Positions 40,063-52,013 of a stretch of 64,000 nt of DNA are shown in pieces. Under the pieces are notes generated by a model. It was not told the DNA's origin and ran no database searches. It worked only from the letters and a program-made list of their open reading frames with translations. The stretch comes from Mobula birostris (lineage: Eukaryota). The translations under genes were made by a program, and so were the position numbers. Numbering within the stretch: position 1 is the stretch's first letter; every line of letters starts with the position of its first letter. Location: positions 44,489,223 through 44,553,222 of the forward strand of contig NC_092391.1 in NCBI RefSeq assembly GCF_030028105.1, read 5' to 3'.

Positions 40063-41007
40063 CTTGGTGCCAGCGTTGCCTGGGCCCCAGAGAGGCCTTG
40101 TCAGTCAACAGGAACCAACAGCTCACATCGGTACAGCAGCAGCTCCTGGTGTCGACTTGCAGTAAATAAACTTCTCTGAAAAAGAACAGAAACATTTTGT
40201 TTTAACAGGGATCATTACTCTCAGTAACGGCACAAAACTATAGCACTTTTACAGAAAAATATTGTACTTTCTGTAACAAACTTTTGTAATCTCACAGTGC
40301 TAAAGACCTGGTTTAATCCCAACACCAGGCGCTGTATGAGGGGAGTTTGCATCCCTCTCCCTCTGACCTTGTGTTTCCAATGAACGCTCCAATTTTCTCC
40401 CACATCACAACGATGTGGGTTGGTGGGTGAATTGGCTGTTGTAAGTTGCCCCTAGTGTGTGGTGTAGAATCTGGGGGAAATGTGGGAAGAACAAACAGAG
40501 TGGGATAATGCCAGATTAATATAAATGGGTAGTTGAAGATCGGCAGGGACTCTGTGGGCCAAAAAGACATTTTCCATTCAGTACCGCTCCATGACTCTAC
40601 TGTCACACAGCACATTACAGCCAATTGAACAGCCTGAAGTCCAGTCAATGTTCTAATTTAGAAAGAAACAGAGCAGTCAACATATGCAAAGCAAACTCCT
40701 GAAAACAGAAATGTAGCAAAGAGCTATTGACGGAACAGGCTCGAGAGGTAAATATTAGTCGAGGCATTGAGTTCAAAGTCAAGGGGTTATGTTACAACTT
40801 TATGGAACTGTTAGGCCACAGCAGGAGTATTGCATTCAGTTCTGGTCACCCCACTATAGGAAGGATGTTGAGGTCGGACTTCCGGGTCATCAAGGGAATG
40901 GCGGCATAAGGAAAAGGTCTCTCGACAAAAAAGAAGGTAAACTGCCCCAGAATCGAATTTAGACAAATACTTAATATTGCATAACTATATTAATAAAAGG
41001 GGCAAGG

Positions 41008-41994
41008 ATGATGTCTAAGAACAAGATTAAAAAGTCCGCTCCGAAGGCTGATAAACACAAAGAGATGCAGCAAGGCAACGGGCCTAGCTCCCCCACGGCA
41101 AGCCAGGACGGAGAGAATGAGGGGGAATCGGTGACTCTGTCTTTGATTCTCGAAGAGATTCGCGAGTTCCGACAAGATAACAGCAAGCAGCTGGAAGATA
41201 TTAAAGGAGAAATAGTAAAAACTAACTCGCGGATAGATGAAGCCGAAGCGAGGATTGTTGGAATTGAAGAGAAGTTACAAAACGCAGAGGAAGTGATAGC
41301 AGAAATGCTGAAGCTACAAGACCAGCTCCAGTGGAAAATAATAGATCAAGAAAGCCGCTCAAGAAGGGAAAATGTGAGGATCTACCGAGTTCCCGAAGGA
41401 ACTGAAGGTAAACCCGGATTGATGATTCCCTTCGTGGAGAAGCTGCTTAGAGAGAACCTTGATATACCGGCCGCAAAAGACCTACAGATAGAAAGGGCTC
41501 ACCGCGCGTTGGCACCACAGCCTCCGGCAGGCACCCAGTCCAGATCGATGCTGGTCAGATTTCTCAGTTACAGAACGAAGGAAGAGGTGCTTAAACGGGC
41601 ATGGCAAAAGAAAGGTTTCATGTGGAGCAACTGAAAAATCAGTTTAGACCACGACTACGCACCGAGGATCCTTGCCAGGCGGAAGGAATATGCGGAAACA
41701 CGGAGGGTCCTGAAGGAAAACAACATCACATTTCAGACCCTGTATCCAGCTCGGCTGAGAGTCTTTTACGACGAAGGGACAAAAACTTACGCTACGGTGG
41801 AGGAGGCAACGTTGGACCTGGTGGACCGGGGACTACCTATTAAAGTTATCACCCAACCGGAGTCACTACTGGAGAGGATTCGGCAGAAGTCGTGGAAGCC
41901 AGTGTGGCGAGGACGCTCCACACGAACCAGAGTGTCAAACTGCAAGGAAAAGCTGCAAATATTCAGACGCGAATGTACAGAGAGTACAGAGTAA
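41008..41994 (+). pseudogene. L1 ORF1p with one premature stop
   Basis: Coiled coil then SRSRRENVRI..VPEG, IERAHR; TGA at 41632-41634, after which the same frame continues (LYPARLRVF) to TAA at 41994. Confidence 0.9.
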
Positions 41995-42353
41995 TTAAGA
42001 GAAATGACCGAAAAGAGCAATTCGGACTTAAAGGTAAAATAAAAGCTGGTATCTGAAAATAAACTAGACGGAATAACTTGAATGATAGCAATATGGTCGA
42101 GACATAAATAGGAGAAAATTCTCTATGATTATTCAAACTGCTGAGGGCCCTCTAACACAGGGTGAAGATAGAGGTTATCCCTCTGAACTGAGGCGGGTCG
42201 GTGCTCAGGCCTCACTGTGGGAAGTCGGGAAAAATTTTCAAATGTTATACATTCAAAAATGCCTAGGGTGTGGTTATATGTCTTGGTTTACTGTTGAGAA
42301 GGGATTGCTTATTTTTTGGTTAGAAAAGGAGAGTTTTTTTCTACTAGAGAAAA

Positions 42354-45300
42354 ATGCAAACTGAATTGGTAAAAATAATTTCCTATAATGTTAATAGGGT
42401 TTTGAATCCAATTAAAAGAAATAAGATTATGTCTAAATTGAAAAAAGAGAGGGCACAAATAGCTTTCCTCCAGGAAACACGTAGGAGCCAATCTGAACAT
42501 GGAAAATTAAAAAGAATGGGCTTTAAGCATGTATTTTATTCATCGTATAAATTGAGCCACAAAAGAGGGGTAGCTACTTTAATATCAAGTACTCTTAATT
42601 ATGAACATATTTCAGAGACTAAAGACAAAGATGGACGGTTTGTAAAAATTACAGGAAGAATAGAAGGTACAGAAATAACATTGCTGAATGTTTAGGCTCC
42701 TCCAGGTTGTGAATGGTCATTTTATAGACACATTTTTGACCTAATGGTCAGTTCTCAAGGGGTAGTAATTTGTGGAGGGGATTTTATTATTAGATTAAAT
42801 CCTGTATTAGATTCTTCAAGAATAGTTACTCAGAATAAATCTCTGACTCGGAAAATGTATTGATGGAGGAGCTGGGAATTATAGATGTGTGGAGGGAATT
42901 ACACCCTACTAGTAAAGATTATACACATTACTCTTTCCCTCATTCAGCCTATTCAAGGGTAGACTATTTCTTTATCTTTAATACAGATAGACTCAGGATA
43001 AAAAACTGTAATATTGCAACAATTGATCTGTCGGATCATAGCCCAGTCTCTATGTCTCTAATCCTGGAAAGGAAAATGAGGAAAACAGTACGGCGGCTAA
43101 ACTCACATATACTCAATAACCCAAAAGTAATGGAGAGATTAAGGGGAAAAATCAAAGAATATCTAGACCTTAATGACACGGGAGAAACATCACCAGTGAT
43201 CCTATGGGATACATTGCAAGCTGTACTCAGAGGGAAAATTATTTCCATTACCATTCACATGAAAAAAAATCAATGCACAAAAATTAGCAGACCTTCAAGG
43301 AAAATTAGAACAACTTCAAGTTGTAGATAGCAACAAAAGTAATTCAAATCTAAAACAGGAAATTAGGAAATTGCAAAGTGAAATTGACGATATTTATACA
43401 TTGGAAACTCAAAGAAATTTTCTTTACCTGAGACAAAAGAATTATGAAGTAGGAGGTAAATCAGTTAGATTATTAGCATATAAATTACGAAAACAACAGC
43501 AGACAATACAATTCATAAAATAAAGAATCCAAAGACAAAGCTTGTGGAGAGTACAATAGGGAAAATTCAAGAGAGTTTTGAAACATATTATCGAGAGCTG
43601 TACTCCCAACCCCAGGCCCCCAATGAGCCCTATATAGACAGTTTATTGAATTCTTTAGATCTATCTAAACTTACAGATTTACAAAATGGAAGTTTATTAG
43701 AACCAGTAACTGCCAAAGAACTGAACGTGGCCATCTCTAGGTTAAAGGCTGGAAAGTCCCCGGGTTCTGATGGGTTTACCTCAGAGTGGTACAAGTCCCT
43801 GAAGACACAGTTAGCCCCATTACTACTTAACACCTTTAATTGGATCTTGCAGAGAGGAGAAACTCCACCTTCCTGGAGAGAAGCGATTATTTCAGTTATT
43901 CCTAAAGAGGGTAAAGATAAACTAGAATGTGGCAATTATGGGCCAATTAGTGTTCTTAATTTAGATTACAAACTATTTACATCTATATTAGCGTGCAGAT
44001 TGGAAAAGCTTTTACCTGGCCTAATCCACTTAGACCAGACTGGATTTATTCAACAAAGACAAACACAGGACAACATAAGGAGAACTCTGCACATATTAGA
44101 ACAGGTTAATAAGAACGAGACAGAGACAATGGTAGTAGGATTAGATGCTGAGAATGCTTTTGATTCGGTTAGTTGGGCATTCCTATACAGAGTGTTAGGA
44201 AGATTCGGCTTTCAAGAAAAGTTTATTAAAGTAATTCAGACCCTATATGACAGCCCTACAGCCCAAATTAAGATAAATGGGGACCTCTCTGACTCTTCCA
44301 TCTTAGAGAGAGGCACTAGACAGGGATGCCCAATTTCTCCGCTCCTTTTTGCGCTATATATTGAACTGCTTGCCCAACTAATAAGACAGAGCGAAATTGT
44401 AAAAGGTATCAAGGTGGCAGGGATTGAACAGAAAGTGACGTTATTCGCAGATGATGTTTTGGTCTATCTGAGTGAACCAGGAAAATCATTTATAGGATTG
44501 TTTACACTGTTGCGAAAATATCAGGTTATAAAATAAATGTAAAGAAAACGCAGGTTATGTCCCTAAATTATACACCATCCAAAAAATTGCAGGATACATA
44601 CGATCTTAAGTGGGAAGCTAAATCATTAAAATATTTAGGAATAACCCTGCCGAAGGATCTTTCAACGCTGTCACAGGTAAATTATGGGCCATTAATCTCA
44701 GAGATAAAAGCAGATATGCATAGATGGAATCTTATCCCCTTTTTAAGTTTAAATTCAAGGATAAATACTATAAAAATGAATATTCTTCCTCGGTTACTGT
44801 ATCTTTTTCGTACTTTACCTGTGGAGGTGGATGATAATCAATTCAGGGAATAGGGCAAATGGATTTCCCGCTTCATTTGGCAAGGAAAGAAATCTAGAAT
44901 TCGATATAACACCTTACAGTTAGGGAAGGAGGGAAGGAAGGAAGGAGGTATGGTTCTTCCTTGCCTGAGAAATTATTTTTATGCCTCACAGATAACCCCT
45001 CTATTATATTGGTGTAATAGGGAATATAAGTCTAGATGGAAGGAAATAGAATTTGGATTAGTTGACAGTTTTCCTCTACAGGCCTCAATAGCTGACAAAG
45101 GATTGATGGCCCAATTGGAAAAATTTAAAAACAGTTGGATAAACCTTACATTAAAAGTATGGCAGAAGGTGATTAATTCGTGTGGAATTAATAACATGTT
45201 AAAACTCTTCAGATGGTGTGCATATGATACCGAATTCCTTCCCAACAGAGGAGATAAAAGATTTAAATTTTGGATAAAGAAAGGTCTTACAACCTACCTC

Positions 45301-46138
45301 TCATTTATAGATAAAAGAGTATTACAAAGTTTCCAAATCCTGCAGGACAAACTTGGCCTAGAACATAATGACTTTTTTAGATACCTTCAAGTACAAAACT
45401 ATGTTAACCAGAGCTGTAGATATACAGACCTATCAACAGTAGAATTAGAATTTTTCAAGATCCTGAATTCGGCTTGCAGTTCAATACCTAGTAAATCAGT
45501 TTCTCAATTATATAATGCACTCTCCCATGCTAAAAAGGTAAACACATTGTATATTAAAGAGAAGTGGGAGAAAGAAGCGGGGTTGGTACTTTCAGAGGAG
45601 GCTTGGGGGGAGAATATGCAGCTTTCAGTGGTCCTCGACTAATTCTTTGACTTGGAGAGAACATGGTTGGAAAAATATTATAAGATACTTCAAGACCCCA
45701 TATCAGGAAAAATATAAAGATACAAACGTGACGTGTTGGAGAAGGTGCGGCTCCAAGGAGGCAAATCATTTTCATATTTTCTGGGATTGCCCTAAATTAA
45801 GTATATATTGGGAAAGTATTCATAGAACATTAGTTAAGGTACTTAGGTCCCAGATACCTCTGAACTTTGAGACACTCTATTTGGGGCATGTATTGTTTCT
45901 TGAACAGAAGGAAGATATAAAGTTGCTGCAGGTCCTCTTAGCAGCAAGTAAGAAATCAATCACTAGAAAGTGGCTAAATCCAATACCACCTACATTAGAA
46001 GACTGGCATGAAATTATCTTGGAAATATTTAAAATGGAAAAGTTGACTTACTCCCTGAGAATTCAAAAAGAAAAAATTTTAACAAATCTGGAATAAATGG
46101 ATTGAATATATAACCCCAATGCGAGCAGACTTTAGATG
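42354..46138 (+). pseudogene. L1 ORF2p (AP endonuclease, RT, CCHC knuckle), several stops and frameshifts
   Basis: IISYNV, FLQET, SRVDYF, SDHSP; KSPGSDGF, GTRQGCPISPLLF, LFADD; CWRRCGSKEANHFHIFWDC. Confidence 0.92.
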
Positions 46139-48199
46139 ACTCTCCTAATGATTTATACTGCTCTTCTCATCAACACAGTAATATTGCTAACGTAAGCACC
46201 CCTAGTCTAAATGTTTACTGTTTTTGTTTTCTTTTGGAAAATAGAGAATTAATACAAGTAAAGGAAAAGATTTGGGAAAGGGATAAAAAATGATAAAATT
46301 AAGTAAATAAGTACATAGGGATTGGATAATTATGTCTGGGGGCAGGAGCAAGCATGAACAAGTTAGGATATAAACACCTACAATGGTTGTTACATAGGCT
46401 TACATACAACATTTTGGACCAGAAGAAATGGTCCAGAAGAGATTTATGGAAACTATTGTTACTATGTTTCTTAACAACTAATACCATTACTTAGCCTAAT
46501 AGATTAGAATTACCACTGTACATAATTATCTATTTAAGTGTCTAATTTCCTTTTATATCATCTCAATGTGTACTTAAGAATGTATAATTATAGTTTTATA
46601 CATATAAAAAAATGGAAAAGGTTATAAGTGTGGAAAAAGTACATGATACTTGTGAATTCCTTATCCAAATAAAAATAAAAATAAAAAAAGGAAGGATGTT
46701 GAGGCTTTGGAGAGGCTGTAGAAGAGATTCACCAGGATGCTGGATGTCTAGAATGTGCTGCCTGGTATAGTAGGAGAAGCAAATACCTTCGAGGCTTTTA
46801 AGAGATGTTTAGATAGCCACATGAATATGTAGAAGACGGAGGGATATGGACATTATATACTAGGAGAGATTAGACTTTGTTTTTTTTTTGATTTACTGTG
46901 GAGCTGGTTCAGCACAACACTGTGGGCCAAAGGGCCTGTTTCTGCTCTGTATGAAGGAGAATTCTCTTGCTTGGTCATCAAAATAGGAACCAATTATAAG
47001 TTCTGTTCCTAAGAATTCAAATAACACCATGGATCTGGGCCATTTATATTCAATTAAATGGAAACACAGTAACCATTAAATACCAGTCTAAGATGCATTC
47101 ATTTATGTGGCTTTCAACCCACATCATGCGGCAAAATCTCAACTGCTGAGCAAGCTATTCAGATGGATCAAATCCAAACATATTAATTAGGACAGCTGCC
47201 CACAGATCAATCAAGCAATAATCTGAAGTAACGATTTCTTTCAGTGAACTTGCCTGGTTAAATCATGTCACATCAGCAGTACAGACAAACCAGGATGCAA
47301 TGATACAGTGATATACAGATTCTGGAAGTACTCAACATCAATTTCATGATGTCGTATGGCATCTGATCAAACAAACCCAGGAAATCTGCTGATTGGCGCC
47401 TATAGTCTTCCCTTGGTGATTGAATTTAAAGCACTTAATGCACAGAGTAGCTAGAACAGAGAACATTTTCAGAGTGGGAGATTTCACTGTCCAGAATAGC
47501 TCTTCAGCACCTCCTCCAACGAAATACCCAAGGACATCATTGGCTTGCAGCAGGTGAGGAAAGAAGCCACAGGAAGGAGAAACACACCTATCCATGAAAT
47601 TGGCAGCTGAACAGGCGATACATTTGCAGTATTAACAATGACTCCTAGTGCACAAGGTCCCATCCCACCTGTACAGCAAGGACCCCCTTCATCACGCGAT
47701 GCCACTTATTGATGAGATAAAAAAATAAGGCAGCTTAAAGCTACACCATGAAACACTATTAACCACTAACATTACAGAAATCCATCATAACCTATACTTG
47801 CTACATTGTAGAGGTAAGCTGCAATATGATACACTGAAATTGAAGCTAAGAATTTATTTCTTGAAGCTTTAACAAAAAGAGAAGCAGAAGCAGTGGTTTT
47901 TAAGACAACATCGGATTACACTGAATAAGAAGTTTTTTCAAAAGTGTTGCTTCCCCAGAATTTTTTGTTTTGTTTATGACAGACCGCTTGAAGCTGAACA
48001 CGAATATATTTTCAGACTACTTGTATCATGATGGAATTTGGAAAAACAAGAAACTAACTTTTATTGAATATAATGTATTTAATTGCATAATGCTTCAACT
48101 AAGCTAAAATATTTTGTTGATGATTTTCATTTGTACTCAGTGTCTTGAGACTTCTCGCTTAAGTGTCCAACAATAATCAGCCAGCATTGATAAGACCTC

Positions 48200-48662
48200 A
48201 AGATATACGTAGGAGCTGAATTAAGCCATTTGGTCCATCGAGTCTGCTCCACCACTTCATCATGGCTTATCTATGTTCCATCTCAGCCACAATCTTCTGC
48301 CTTCTCCCTGTATCCCTTCGTACCCCGATCAATCAAGAACCTACCAACCTCTGCCTTAAATATGTAACAACTTGGCTTCCACAGCCATCTGTGGCAATAA
48401 ATTCCACAGATTCGCCACTCTCTGGTGAAAGAAGTTCCTCCTCATCTCCGTTCTAAAAGGATGTCCCTCTATTCTGAGGCTGTGTCATCGGGTCCCAGAG
48501 TGCCCCACCAGAGGAAATATTCTCAGCACATCCACTCTATCGAGGCTTTTCAACATACTGAATGCCAGTGAGTCCAGCCCAGACCCATCAAATGCTCCTT
48601 ATATGACAAGCTGTTCAATCCTGAAATCATTTTTGTGCATCTCCTTTGAACTCTCTCCAGTG
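48200..48662 (-). mobile_element. CR1 3' fragment
   Basis: CR1 tail (agccatttggtccatcgagtctgctcc) and reverse-strand RT C-terminus. Confidence 0.75.
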
Positions 48663-48664
48663 TC

Positions 48665-49262
48665 AACACATCCATTTCTCCTTGACTGCAATGTCCTGGT
48701 GAAACCTTTCACCATGCTTGTCACTGACAGCACCAAGATTTGCAGGGAAGAAGTCTAAATGGGAATGCTGAAAATTAATCTTTAGTGACATGTTGCACTT
48801 CATGGTTTTGTATGCTTGAAACATGTTGTCATTCAACTGCATGTAGTTTGCCAAGAAAATTTTCAACAACATCCTTGAATGCCTTCCATGCGGTTTTCTC
48901 TGATCCCACGGGAAGTTCTTTGACCTGCCTATCATCGATGACCTGTTTGGTTTGTGGACCAACAAAAATGCCTTCCTTAATCTTGACATCAGTTAGTCTG
49001 GGAAACATCTGTTTCAAATATCGAAACCCTTTACAGAAATTTATAGCCTTTCTAAAGCCTGTCCTGCCACGCAGCATCCACCATAAGCATGCCTGGACAA
49101 GACAGAAAACGTTTCAGCTTACATGTGGGGAACATCTTAATTGACTTAAAATATGAATTGAAATAACAAATATGGGCAATTTTAAAAAATGGTGCATGGT
49201 AGCCCAAAATCAATAAGATACACCCAAAAATATTCAGAAAGCCAAATTTTTGTTGTCTAGTG
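48665..49262 (-). mobile_element. Chapaev3-like (CMC superfamily) DNA transposon remnant
   Basis: FRYLKQMFPRL...KIKEGIFVGPQ...AWKAFKDVVENFLG and MSLKINFQHSHLDFFPANLGAVSDKHGERFHQDI; terminus CACTAGACAACAAAA on the - strand adjacent to TTA. Family call is from memory. Confidence 0.6.
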
Positions 49263-51583
49263 TTATTTAACGGATCAATGGCCCCCAAAATAGGGACACA
49301 TTGGATATATTCACATGTAGGTCAAAAGACAGAGGAAGGTAGAAATTTTCAGAACAGTAAGCTGATACTCAATCTGCAAACCAAGGATCAGTGTTACAAT
49401 CAATGTTAATAGCGCGGATGGAATGGCTCAAGTTTGCTGACAGTACCGAGTTGGATGGCAAAATAAATTTTAAGAAGGGGGCAGAACAGGCTTATTGACA
49501 GACTAAGTAAGTGGATAAGCGTAGTAGATGGAAAGTAAAGGGTAGAAAATAAAAATACATTTAAGTGGTGATAAAATATTAACACGGTCTTCAAAGGGAG
49601 ATTCGAAGTGTTCTTATAAATAAAATACAAAGCAAACATAAGTTATAAGTTTGCAATCTGGAAAGTAAGTGGTATGTTCATTTTTGTTATGAGGGAATTG
49701 AAGTACTAGAGCCATAGTATATAGGATGGCTATTCAACCCATCAGCGTGTTAAGTCCCAGGCGTGAAATCCTAATAGCTCTCCTATTTATCCTGTGCCCT
49801 TGCAAATTACAATTCCCATCCCTTGATTTGTTCTTCCATTAACAGACCATAGGGCAGGTCTTCAGGGCATGACGGAATCCCATACAGTCAGGCACAGATT
49901 TCAAAATCAACACCAAATCTGTAGGAAGAGTTGTACTGACTGCTGCACCACTGTGCCACAGCAGCCTTAGCTCTGATCAAAGTCAAAGTAAAGTTCATTG
50001 TCATTTGCACAGACAGCTGCAATGAAAAACTTATTTGCTGCAGCATCACAGGCACACAGCATCAGAAACATAACGTTCACATGAAAAACATAAATTATAC
50101 AAGAAGGGACACAATTAGAACAAAATAAAACAAAGTCCATTGTAGGTCAAAGTGACCACGGTGTTGCTATACTAAGGTGGTGATTAGGGTTGCTTCAAGA
50201 GCCAAATGCAATTACAAGGATCTCGGGAGGATACACTTCCTGAGAAGTAACACAAAAGTTCACATGAATCCTGGTGTGCAGGATTTGCTGAATAGCAGAA
50301 ATGAAATGAATAGAGTTCCAAAGAATGAGAAATTATATCAATGAAACGTTTAACTCAAAGAGGAATTAACTCACTGGCCAGAGAGACCAAAACCTGTGAT
50401 GTACACCCAACCCATGAATTGGACCCATCACTGCTGCATTCACCATCCTCACAATCTCAGCAACTTTGTTTCGAGCTCAAATGACTGCTTTCCCACCATC
50501 TCGGATTACCAACAGTCTCGCTTGTGAAAGGGATATTGAATTTGCAGCTTGGTGTTAATAACAGATTTCAATTTCCCCATACAATTGTAGAGCCAGGAAT
50601 CCTCAGGACAGCCCCAACAGCTGAAAGGGAGCTACCTGTAAGGTAATCAGACAGTAGTGCATAGGATTTGGAAGGAGCATGGTGCCTGCAGCTGAAGATT
50701 GAAAAGTAGAACTCCCTCCAGTTACCTTGTTACCCAATACTAGGCTTCTTTCCACAGAGCAGATCCAATGCTCTGGTCCCCAACAAATGGGCACAGGTCT
50801 AGATACTGGGGTCGGAAGCAGTATTTCCCAGCTTGTGGCTAATACGTGTGTGGAAGATTTAGATTGGTAAAGTGAATGAGCAATCTGGAAAAACGTGACA
50901 TTATCCACTTTAGCAGAAAGGTCAAATACTTCCACTTTGAAAAATGGTGACAGCCCATTGTTGTATTCAAAGGGACCTGGTACACAAAACACTTAAGTCT
51001 AATATGTCAATACATCAACCAGTTAAGGTGCCAATGGTATGCTGTCCTTTACTGCAATAGAATTTGAATACAAAGGTAAAAGTAATGTATTACTATAATT
51101 ATATAGGATCTTGATAATATCACAGAGCCGATTGTGTACAAGTTTCATCTTCTTACCCCAAAAAATAAGATGTACTTGCTCTAGATTCTGCATCAAAGAT
51201 TCACCAAGAATGACGGGTCTTTCAAGAGACCAAACATGGGGTAGACTAGTCCTGCATTCTCTAGCTTTTAGAACTTGAAATCATTTCGTGGAAATAATTC
51301 TTAGAGGTATGATTCTGGGGTATGACTGACGTGTGGAGAAATTTCCAGATTCAGATCGTTGGGAGTTCCCGACCCCAGCGGTGAGGAGGCTCTGTCAGAG
51401 TTTCTGCAAAGCTCAGATGGACGGATATTGGGAGCAATAAAAAACTATCTGGGGTCGGGGCAGGGAAGCGGCGCTGGAGGTAGATTAGCCGTGGCTGTTG
51501 TTGAATATGGAGCCCAGCATTAGCAACTCCGCTCGGCCCTTCCGGCCGTCTCTGCCCGGCCTCTCCCAGGCCCGCGACCTTAC

Positions 51584-51700
51584 CTACGAATAGCGTCTTT
51601 CCCGGTATCCGATTCCTCGCTCGGGCGCCGCGTCTTTCCCCGACTCTCGGTACCGCGCCAGGCGGAGATTGCGTCCCCGCCGACCAGCGCTCCGCCCCGC
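51584..51700 (-). other. TMEM203: Putative non-coding exon 1 of TMEM203 (5' end approximate)
   Basis: Donor TAG|GTAAGG at 51583 on the - strand within the CpG island; matching acceptor upstream of the CDS at 40176. Confidence 0.6.
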
Positions 51701-51769
51701 CGATGGTCCCACTCACTCTCCCCAGCAACAGCTCCCACTGCGCAGCCGCACGATTGGTCCCTCCTCTCG

Positions 51770-51822
51770 CGAGACTGCGCGCGGGAGCCCGGCGGCGGCG
51801 GTGTCGCAAAACGTCGGGAATC
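51770..51822 (+). other. NDOR1: Putative non-coding exon 1 of NDOR1 (5' end approximate)
   Basis: Donor ATC|GTAAGT at 51823. The NDOR1 ATG sits directly after an acceptor, so an upstream exon is required. Confidence 0.65.
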
Positions 51823-51835
51823 GTAAGTATGGGAA

Positions 51836-52013
51836 AGGAGTGAGGGGTGTCTGAGGGTGACGATAGCGAATGAGTGAGAGTAGGAGAGGAGTGAGGGGTG
51901 TTTGAGGGTGACGATAGGGATTGAGTATCTGAGAGTAGGAGAGGAGTGAGGACTGTCTGAGGGTGACGATAGGGAATGAGTGAGAGTAGGAGAGGAGTGA
52001 GGACTGTCTGAGG
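51836..52013. repeat. Minisatellite, ~51-55 bp unit, ~3.5 copies
   Basis: Unit aggagtgagg(gg/ac)tgtctgagggtgacgatagggaatgagtgagagtaggag. Confidence 0.9.

Larger units (their letters stand above)
40874..46688 (+). mobile_element. Full-length L1-clade LINE (inactive), inserted into a CR1 fragment
   Basis: Perfect 16-bp TSD aggaaggatgttgagg (40858-40873, 46689-46704); ORF1, ORF2 and an A-rich tail (aaataaaaataaaaataaaaaaa); the CR1 sequence continues on both sides. Confidence 0.96.
51450..51830. promoter_or_regulatory. Bidirectional CpG-island promoter of TMEM203 and NDOR1
   Basis: CpG-dense; GC box ccgccccgcc ~51692-51701; ctgcgcag 51738-51745; ATTGG (CCAAT) 51753-51757; perfect TCTCGCGAGA 51765-51774; outward-facing splice donors on both strands. 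Confidence 0.85.

Noticed and set aside
39730-40179. 149-aa + strand ORF
   Set aside because: Antisense shadow of TMEM203.
50725-50884. Possible additional TMEM203 leader exon (tttttccag ... aag|gtaact on the - strand)
   Set aside because: The acceptor lies in a CR1 remnant and the signals are only moderate; not supportable without transcript data.
51836-52013. CRISPR-like regularly spaced repeats
   Set aside because: No unique spacers, no cas genes and a vertebrate context; an ordinary minisatellite.
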